Assembly: GCA_037447605.1 (NCBI GenBank)
Contig: CM074818.1
Span: forward strand, 434,001 to 498,000
Length of the DNA stretch: 64,000 nucleotides
Direction: 5' to 3'
Origin: Zygnema circumcarinatum SAG 698-1b
Taxonomy: Eukaryota > Plantae > Zygnematophyceae
Positions 55,766-64,000 of this stretch are shown piece after piece (the first letter of the stretch is position 1; the number at the start of each line of letters is the position of its first letter). Both the position numbers and the translations under genes were made by a program. The notes beneath the pieces were generated by a model that searched no databases, had not been told where the DNA came from, and saw only the letters and a program-made list of their open reading frames with translations.

Positions 55766-58011
55766 TTATTTTTGTCGTTTTGTATGACTCTCCCAAACAG
55801 CTCGGAGAGCCTCCCAGAAGGCAGGCAGTGCCACGTCATCACTTACGTCCTTAAAGGAGGGAAAGTAGTTCACATCAATGATCACATGGTCCTTGGTTTG
55901 CCGATGCACCTGAGAGGGAGAGGGAGAGGGAGAGGGAGAGGAGAGGAGAGGGAGAGGGAGAGGGAGAGGAGAGGGAGAGGGAGAGGAGAGGAGAGGGAGA
56001 GGGAGAGGGAGGAGAGGGAGAGGAGAGGAGAGGGAGAGGGAGAGGGAGAGGGAGGAGGGAGAGGGAGGAGGGAGAGGGAGAGGGAGAGGAGAGGGAGAGG
56101 GAGGAGGGAGAGGGAGAGGGAGAGGAGAGGAGGAGAGGGAGAGGGAGAGGGAGAGGAGAGGAGAGGAGAGGGAGAGGGAGAGGAGAGGGAGAGGGAGAGG
56201 GAGAGGGAGAGGGAGAGGGAGAGTGGAGAGGAGAGGGAGAGGGAGAGGGAGAGGAGGAGAGGAGAGGGAGAGGGAGAGGGAGAGGGAGAGGGAGAGGGAG
56301 AGGGAGAGGAGAGGAGAGGAGAGGGAGAGGAGAGGAGAGGAGAGGGAGAGGGAGAGGAGAGGAGAGTGGAGAGGAGAGGGAGAGGGAGAGGAGAGGGAGG
56401 TGGAGAGGGAGAGGGAGAGGGAGAGGGAGAGGAGAGGAGAGGAGAGGAGGAGAGGGAGAGGAGAGGGAGAGGAGAGGAGGGAGAGGGAGAGGGAGAGGGA
56501 GAGGGAGAGGAGAGGAGAGGGAGAGGAGAGGGAGAGGGAGAGGGAGAGGGAGAGGAGAGGGAGAGGGAGAGGGAGAGGGAGAGGAGAGGGAGAGTGGAGA
56601 GGGAGAGGAGAGGGAGAGGGAGAGGGAGAGGGAGAGGGAGAGGGAGAGGGAGAGGAGAGGGAGGTGGAGAGGGAGAGGGAGAGGGAGAGGGAGAGGGAGA
56701 GGGAGAGGAAGAGGGAGAGGGAGAGCGAGGGAGAGAGAGGGAGGGGAGGAGAAGGGGGGAGGGGGCCATCAGTACATAGTAATCATCCTTCCCATGAAGT
56801 CGAAGTAAGAGACAACGAGAAAGGAGATGGAGCAAAGAGTTTCCAGTAAAGAAACACCCACAAAAGCATATTCAGATACAAAGAGAGAGAGAGAGAGTGG
56901 GGAAATTCATCTATTCAACATATTGAAGGTAATCCTTTGAGGAGCTTACCACAACATCGAAGCCGATGAGAGTTAAGTTCAATTTTCTTTGAAGAAATCG
57001 AGCGGCTTCTTTCACAGATTCCATGTCCAGCTCGTTGTACGGATCAAAGGGAGGAGAGAGAGGAGAGGGAGAGGGAGAGGGAGAGGGAGAGGGAGGGACA
57101 CTCCCTCCCAAAAGGCCTTCACCAGTGAAAGATGTCGGAAGCGCTTTAAGGCTGCAAGGAAAAAAACTCTCCTTCAAATGCTTATTCAACCTTTTCCTTC
57201 CTTCAAATTCATTGCCCTTTAATACGAAATCAATATATGGAGTGGTTTCTCAGGAAAGGAAAAGTAAAGGGCACCTGTCAAACAGAAATACTGCAGGGAG
57301 GGGCTCTCCCGCAGTTCCCTCCTCCCTCCTGTGAGAGAGGGGGAGAGAGGGAGGGGCGTTGGGAGTGGACTTTCGGAGAGTAGTGAAGAGAGAGGAACCG
57401 ATGCAATAACACTTGTGTTGAAAGGCTTCATGGTCAACATATTCCTGCTAGGGCCAAAAATACCCACTTAGAGAAACGTTTCCCTCTCTCCCTCTCTCCC
57501 ACTCTCCCTCCCTCCACCCCTTCCTCCCCTCCCTGTCGTCCTCCCTCTCCTCTCCCTCTCTCTTCATTCCTTAACTCCCTCGTTCCCTCCCTACCAATTT
57601 AAGGAAACGTTCCTTCCGCCCCTCCCTCTCACCATCCCTCCCTCCCCTCCCTGTCTACATCCCTCCCCTCTCCCTGCCACTTCCTCCCGATCCCTCCTTC
57701 CTTTCCTCCCTCCCTCTATACCTCCCCTCCCTGACTTCCTACCTCCCCTCTCCCTCCGTCTTCCTCTCATTCCTTCCTTCCCTCCCTACCCCCTTAGTGG
57801 TAGGCTCCTTCCTCCCCCTCCCTCCCTCCCCCAATCCCTCCCTCATGTCTCCAAAGCTCTTCTACCGCAAAGACAGATGAAATTCATCACTGCTATTTAA
57901 AAAAAAAAAAAGAAAAAGGGCGTTTCTGCCCACCTGTACCATGGCCGGCATCGGAACCTCCAAATTTTCAAAACCATCTTCACGCAGAACGACTGCCTGC
58001 ACATGGGAACA

Positions 58012-58057
<46 letters not shown>

Positions 58058-61000
58058 TATATGAGATAGAGAGAAGAGAGAGATGGAGAAAGCGAAGTAC
58101 AAGGGATAGAGAGGGAGAAGAAAGGGTGCGATCTCAGAGAGAGACAGATAGAGAGAGGAAAGTGGGAGTGCCCAAAGAGAGAGAGAGAAGGAATGGGCGA
58201 GAGCTCAAAGGATAGAGGAGAGAGAGGGAAAGGGAGAGGGAGAGGGAGAAGAGGGAGGAGGTAGGAGGGGTCCCCTGCCATAGTATGCGAATTCGGAGCT
58301 CCGCAGGCTATGAGTGGTTTCACTATGGCCGGAAAAGCCAATGCTCCGCTCCTTAATGCTTTTTTTAGAGAAGGGTCTGTTGGAGTTTTTATCTGAAAAA
58401 TAGAAAATAAGAATCACACGTTAAATTTAGGTGAAAAAATAAGCTTATATATACCCCAATACATCTCAAAGACGGTTTTTTACTTAATCTTTCAGAAGGT
58501 AGGGATTTCAGATCAGATGAAGAGGCAAGAATGTGATTAATTCGAATCCAGATTTTTTTTCATAATATGCTTTTTTTCGGGGGGGGGTTTTTTTTTTTCA
58601 AATTTGAGGAGAAAAAGTACCTCACAAGCACGGGGCGGCCGCACGATGCGAGCGAATGAGGTGGTGACACGTGGCAGGTCTTCGAGAAATTTCTGAATTT
58701 TGGAGCGGTCGAGAAGAGGGAGAATAGAAGGGATTGGATCCACAATGCAAATTTCTGGATGCGATTCGCAATATCTGGGAAAAGGAAAATGTTCATTTCA
58801 ATTTCTTAAGGCATTTAAAACAAACTATTTTTGTAAAGAAGGCACAATTCAAGGGTTGGTAAGACAAGCGAAACTTAGAGAGGTCGGTGGAGGCTATTGG
58901 TATCTTGTGGGAGCTTGGAAAGTAGTGATTGGAGAGTGAGAGCGAGAGGGAGAGAGAGGGAGAGTGAGGAGAGAGAAAGAGTGGCATGTAGTGAAGTTTA
59001 GTAGTCCTATAATGTAGCATAAGCTCTCACTCTCCCTCTCTCTCCCTCCGTCCGTCTCTCTCACCATCTCTCACTCCCTCCCCCTATCTCTCGCCCTCTT
59101 TTTCTCTCTCCCTCCCTCTCTCCCCCTCCCTCTCGCCCTCCCCCTCTCTCTCCCTCTCTCCCTCCCTCCCTCCCTCTCTCCCTCTCTCCCTCACTCTCTC
59201 TCTTCCTCACTCTCCCTACCTCCCTCTCCCTCTCCCTCTCGCCCTTCCCACTCTCTCCCTCCCTCTCTCCCTCCCTCCCTCCTCCCTCTCCCGCTCGCCC
59301 TTCCCCCCTCTCTCTCCCTCCCCCTCCCCCCACTCACCCCCCCTCTCTCTCTCTCTCGTTCCCTTCCCCTCTCTCCCTCTCCTTCCCTCCCTCTCTCCCT
59401 TCCCCTCTCCAGCATGAAGGAAGTTAGAAAAGTATTTACCCCATTAGCCTCTTCATCCCATCCGAAAATTCAGCTCCCACACCGCCTCCTCTCTCCTCTC
59501 CCACTCCCACTCCCACCATCTCATCTGTCGCTTTGTGAAGCATCAAATCTACGCCGTCCATCTGCCGCTCCAACGGACGGCTCAGATCGATCGCTACAAA
59601 GCAAAGCCCCGCTTGCGAAGGATTCAAAGGAAGGGCTCCACGCTGCGGAAAACGACAAAAAAATGCCGAATTTCATTCGGTTAATTAAGCATCTTCAAAA
59701 TTAAAGAAAATTACGATTAGAAATGTAATTATATAACTTCAATTCTTCGTCAAAAAATGCGATAAGAAAAAAGATATGCAAACCTTAAGAAAATCTTTTT
59801 CCCGGCTCCACTTCATAGAGTGCCCAACAATCAAAACGTGATTTTCGGGATTTAGCTGCAAAAGAAGCAAAAGTAGAAATAAAAAAAGGGAAGTGAGAAA
59901 GTAAAAACAAGAAATAACAATAAAAATGAAAATGAAAGCATGAAATGAGAAAGCTTCAAATATTGTTGCGGTTTTGGGTTTAAGGCTTTATCTTCTGAGT
60001 TTTGGAGATGCAGAGATTGAGGGTTCAGGGTTAGTGTTAGGGTTAGGGTTAGATTTAGGGTTATGGTTACGATTAGGGTAAGGTTTAAGATTAAAACTAG
60101 GAATAAGATTAGGGTAAGATTAAAATTAGGGTTAAGATTAGGGTTAGGGTTAAGATTAGAATTAGGGTTAAGATTAGGGTTAGGGTTAATACTAGAATTA
60201 GGGGTAAGATTAGGGTTAGGGTTAATATTAGAATTAGGGTTAAGATTAGAATTAGGGTTAAGATTAGAATTAGGGTTAAGATTAAAACTAGAAATAAGAT
60301 TAGGGTTAGGGGTAAGATTAGGGTTAAGGTTAAGATTCGGGTTAGGATTAATATTAGAATTAGGGTTAAGATTAGGGTTAGGGTTAAGGTTAGGGTTAGG
60401 GTTAAGATTAGAATTAGGGTTAATATTAGGATTTTCTGCATATGAATGTCACCTTTTTGGTCGCTCTCGCGATGACACGTGGCACGTCCCCAAGTTCCTT
60501 CACTGTTTTCCATGACTTTCTCGGTGGCTCGCCTGTGAAACCCTAAATGGACATTAGAAACCCAAAAGTGCTATAACCTACATACAGAAACCTTGATAAA
60601 GTTAAGAATGTCACGAACCTCGATAATGTTAACGCACCTTCAGCAATCTGAATGACCTTCCAGCCCTGAGACTCCACCTCTGCCAAATCCTCACCATCTC
60701 CCTCTCCCACTCCCTCTCCCACCCCCACTCCCTCTCCCTCTCCTGCCTTCACTACTACGGCAGTGAGGGAGGAAGGAAGGGCCCACTTCCCCTCCGTCTT
60801 CAGCGAGAGGAGAGCAGACTTCAGCGAAGGGCTTGGACACGTGGCAGCTCCCAAAAGGGATGCAAAATTAGGGCTAGGGTTAGAATTTGGGATCTCTTCC
60901 TGCACAGATGAGGGCGGAACATATGAACACATAGAAATAGAAGGAGATAGATGTTAATAATAGGGTTGTTGAGGATTTGAGTTTTGAACTGCTCTTTAAA

Positions 61001-61403
61001 ACTTCTTTAGGGTTTATGAAGGTCTTTTCAAGTATAAAGTAAAGTCAAGTCGAGTCAAGTTTCATCGGAAGGAAGGGGAGATGAGTACTTGTGTTGAAAT
61101 CTGCTCTTCATGCTCCTCCATGCCACGTGGCAAGCATGCCTGCACATGAAAATAAACATGTTTGCATTCAAAATTTCAAATCAGACTCAAAAATACGTTA
61201 TTTTTAGTAGATTAACTACCACTTATTCTTGATGATTAGCTTTTTAGGGTTAACTGTAACTCTTTAAACATAATTTCTTTTAAGTTTCTGACCACGGGCA
61301 TGTTCGCGAGAGCGAGTCGCTCCAGCAGCCGCGCGACGCTCTCTCTGTCGGCGCACTGCAAGGCGGAGGCAGTGAAGATGATGCCCTCCACTGCACCCGC
61401 CAT
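55766..61403 (-). CDS. ITPK4: Inositol-tetrakisphosphate 1-kinase, ITPK4-like (extended N-terminal domain + ATP-grasp), 541 aa
   Basis: Exons (minus strand) 61403-61293, 61139-61089, 60899-60638, 60532-60453, 59855-59784, 59642-59440, 58774-58621, 58392-58279, 57996-57934, 57444-57275, 57151-56950, 55909-55766 (intron 8 is GC-AG). Motifs [82 protein letters not shown] match my recollection of ITPK4. Confidence 0.9.
55912..56764 (+). repeat. ~850-bp almost pure polypurine (GAGGGA/GAGAG)n tract
   Basis: Only G/A apart from a few T/C, in the last ITPK4 intron next to the acceptor. Confidence 0.97.
60021..60430 (+). repeat. Degenerate (TTAGGG)n telomere-like array with ttaaga/ttagaa variants
   Basis: ttagggttagggttaagattagaattagggtt... 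in ITPK4 intron 4. Confidence 0.9.
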
Positions 61404-61460
61404 GGCTTTCTCTCTTTCTCTCTCTCGCTCTCTCGCTCTCTCTCGGTCTCTGTCTCTCTT

Positions 61461-61492
<32 letters not shown>

Positions 61493-61687
61493 TCTTCCTC
61501 TCTCTTTTTCTCTCTCTCTCGTCCGATCTCCCTTTTTCCCTCCCTCTCTCTCGCTCTCTTCCTCTCTCCCTTCCTCTCTCGCTCTCTTTTAGTCTCTTTC
61601 CCTCTCTCTCGCTCTCTCTACTTCACGAAACCCTAAAAGTTTTTCGAATATTCTGAAAAAAAGTATCTGAATTCCGTCAAGTCTTTA

Positions 61688-62749
61688 GGAAAATGATACA
61701 GGCGCCCCACTTTCTGGATATCCGCACCCCCTTTCGGGAAAAAATTTGTACTTTCATTTTGGCTAATCACGCCCCCCCCTTGGATCTTTCGGGAGGAGAG
61801 ATCTTGTAGACAATCGGACCCCGCGCCTCGCGCGCAGGATCCGACTGTGCACCGACGTACGGCGCCGCGCATCGCGGCGCGGCCCGCGAGATGCGGCGAG
61901 CCTACGGAAATTTTGTCCTCACCTGACCCTTTTGGGTCAGAGGTTGCGACGTGGCAGTCTACCATTGGACAGCCCTGCTGCCGGTCCCCCATGCCGAATT
62001 GCCGATACAGTGGACCCCCATAATATTGTCCACCTTGTACAGTGAGTCCCCAAGAAATTCGCCCCGATTTTGCCGAAACCACCTTTTTGTACGGTAACTC
62101 AATGTTAACGTATTAGGGATGTTAACCTAACCTGACCTATTCTCCAAAATAAAATCTGTTAATCGGAACGGATTTTAAACATGGGTCACGCTTTTACGCT
62201 GTACGGTAAGTACGAATAGAATCTCTAAATCGTACGGTATAGGTACGGTACCAATAGAAACTCGTGTATCTAAAGTACGGTACGATACGATACGATACGA
62301 TACATACAGACAGACATGAACTCTAACATAATATCGCTCGCCTATTGGTAACACGGACCATATATTTGCAAATTGCAATATTTTCGCCCAGTAGTTGCCG
62401 AAACCATGACGAAAATATTATGGGGTCCACTGTATCGGCATGGGGGGCCGGCAGCAGGGCTGTCCAATGGTAGACTGCCACGTCGCAACCTCTGACCCAA
62501 AAGGGTCAGGTGAGGACAACGTTTCCGTAGGCTCGCCGCATCTCGCGGGCCGCGCCGCGATGCGCGGCGCCGTACGTCGGTGCACGGTCGGATCCTGCGC
62601 GCGAGGCGCGGGGTCCGATTGTCTACAAGATCTCTCCTCCCGAAAGATCCAAGGGAGGGGGGGGGCGTGATTAGCCAGAATGAAAGTACAGTTTTTTTCC
62701 CGAAAGGGGGCGCGGATATCCAAAAAGTGGGGCGCCTGTATCATTTTCC
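61688..62749. mobile_element. Palindromic MULE-like MITE, copy 2, interrupted by a nested element
   Basis: Same termini and arms as 51256-51841. 8-bp target-site duplication agtcttta / agttttta (7/8). It sits between the divergent starts of ITPK4 and ORF 62965. Confidence 0.92.
62008..62432. mobile_element. Tc1/mariner-type MITE, 425 bp, nested in the palindrome
   Basis: TA|CAGTGGACCCCATAATATT ... AATATTATGGGGTCCACTG|TA: perfect 19-bp TIRs and a TA duplication. Internal ttgccgaaacca direct repeats and a (CGATA)n run. Confidence 0.85.
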
Positions 62750-62964
62750 AGTTTTTATGCCTTTCAAGACTTGTTTAAAAACAGTACTTTGCTTTGACGT
62801 CCGTGGTACGTTCCGCGTGAAGAGAAGTACTGAATTCAAATTTTTTTTTCCGGCCATGGTAAGGGTTGGCTCTGTTTCACCCACCTGCTTTCGTTTGATT
62901 CTCGCTTTACTTGTCCTTTAACCATCCTTTAGTCATCCTTTAGTCATCCTTTAGTCACAGAAGA

Positions 62965-63951
62965 ATGGGCTCGTGGCTTGACTATCTTGGCTTGACTAAG
63001 TTGGAGTCAGCCCCTGCTGGTAATAATGATGCAGCAGGACTGGCTCAAATTGGCTCTGCAGGGAAATCTGAAAAAAATAATAATAAGGAAATAATATTTG
63101 ATGATAAAAAGGAAGAAATTCAAGTTGTTGGAGAAAAAGTTTCTGAAAATGAAACTGAGTTTGAGTTTGATTCAGCTGTTGCTGCTGCTTCTGATGATCT
63201 GAAGAAGAAAAAAAGCGAAAAAAATGAGAAAAAGTTGGAGGTGAATGGATCTGAGCAGCAACAGCAGCAGGCCTTCTCCTCCTTTACTCGATCTCTCTCT
63301 TCCTCTCCCAAGCAGGTGCTGCTTGTCGAAGAAAATGACTTTATTTTGAAAGAAAACGGTGAACAGTTTTCTGCAGGTGATAATTTTTTGCAGAAAGAAA
63401 CTGAAATAGAGAAAAAATCTGCACATTTTCTTCCTAAGTATGACATAGAAAAGTCTGGAACTCAAACTGAATCTGGACCTGTTTCTGCTGATGATGATGC
63501 AGGTCCTCCTACCAAAAATACTGAAACTGAAACTGAAACTGAAACTGAAAAGCTTGTAAAAGATGAAGATCCCATTCCCAACGGAAAAACTGAAACTGTA
63601 ACTGAGCCCCTTCAAAAGGGTGGTCCTTCATCATCTAACAATGATCCATTATCAGCCGGAAAACTGAATCCCTCTCCTGAATCTGTCCCTATTTCCGCAC
63701 CTATAATTACTGAAACCAAAGCACATTCAAAATCTGCATCATCATCATCATCTCCATCACTTAAAACGATAGCTCCACTTTCTTCTTCTTCTTCCACTTT
63801 TTCAAGTCCTGCTGCATTCATTCCTCGGACAGTTTTCAGTAATCTGATTGCGGATACTCAAGCAAGTTATTATTTTCCGATGGAGTTTTTCGTGGCCTGG
63901 CAAGGCGTGCTCACGATTGCATATTCCGGCATTCCGCCGGCGCTGGAAGAG
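62965..63951 (+). CDS. First exon (329 aa) of an uncharacterised protein: MG- start, long acidic/Ser-rich disordered region, start of a globular domain; the gene continues beyond the window
   Basis: 987-nt open frame with protein-like composition that ends at a GTGAGG donor (63952). The last ~40 aa (SYYFPMEFFVAWQGVLTIAYSGIPPALEE) look folded. Confidence 0.75.
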
Positions 63952-64000
63952 GTGAGGCTCGAAAATGCATTGGGTTTTTGGTTCATGGTTGCTCTTTAAA

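Noticed and set aside
58660-61135. CACGTG G-box palindromes near 58666, 60476 and 61123
   Set aside because: They fall in ITPK4 coding exons (LPRV, VPRV, LPRG codons), so they were not counted as promoter motifs.
1-64000. tRNA, rRNA, snoRNA, LTR retroelement or horizontally acquired operon
   Set aside because: By eye I found no cloverleaf, rRNA motif, convincing C/D box pair, LTR/PBS, gag-pol fragment or intronless bacterial-like gene. A covariance-model scan would be needed to exclude small RNAs.

Overview
Eukaryotic, gene-dense, microsatellite-rich 64 kb from a green-plant genome, most likely a streptophyte alga (inference from PILS, LRR-RLK, TRAF1 and ITPK4 homologs diverged from my recollection of land-plant sequences). 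Manual splicing of GT/GC-AG and AT-AC junctions gives 9 protein genes. They are: a TRAF1A/B-like MATH gene (+, 5' end outside the window); ALIX/BRO1 (+); an unannotated 187-aa protein with a plastid-type transit peptide, a WW domain and a C-terminal PPPY (+); PILS6-like carrier (-); RNA polymerase I second-largest subunit, 24 exons (-); an LRR receptor-like kinase (+); mitochondrial GrpE (+); ITPK4-like inositol polyphosphate kinase (-); and the first exon of an unknown, possibly myristoylated protein (+). Most ORF-track entries are artefacts of (GA)n/(CT)n and other repeats. Highlights: the WW+PPPY protein; a U12-type AT-AC intron in NRPA2 filled with telomere-like repeats; an in-frame 1020-bp duplication of three MATH exons; a palindromic MITE family with two ERSE-type CCAAT-N9-CCACG motifs per copy, the same motif recurring in other promoters; a Tc1/mariner-type MITE nested at the apex of one palindrome; and three GC-AG introns. 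No rRNA, tRNA, CRISPR array or transposase was seen. All exon calls are by eye and need RNA-seq confirmation.
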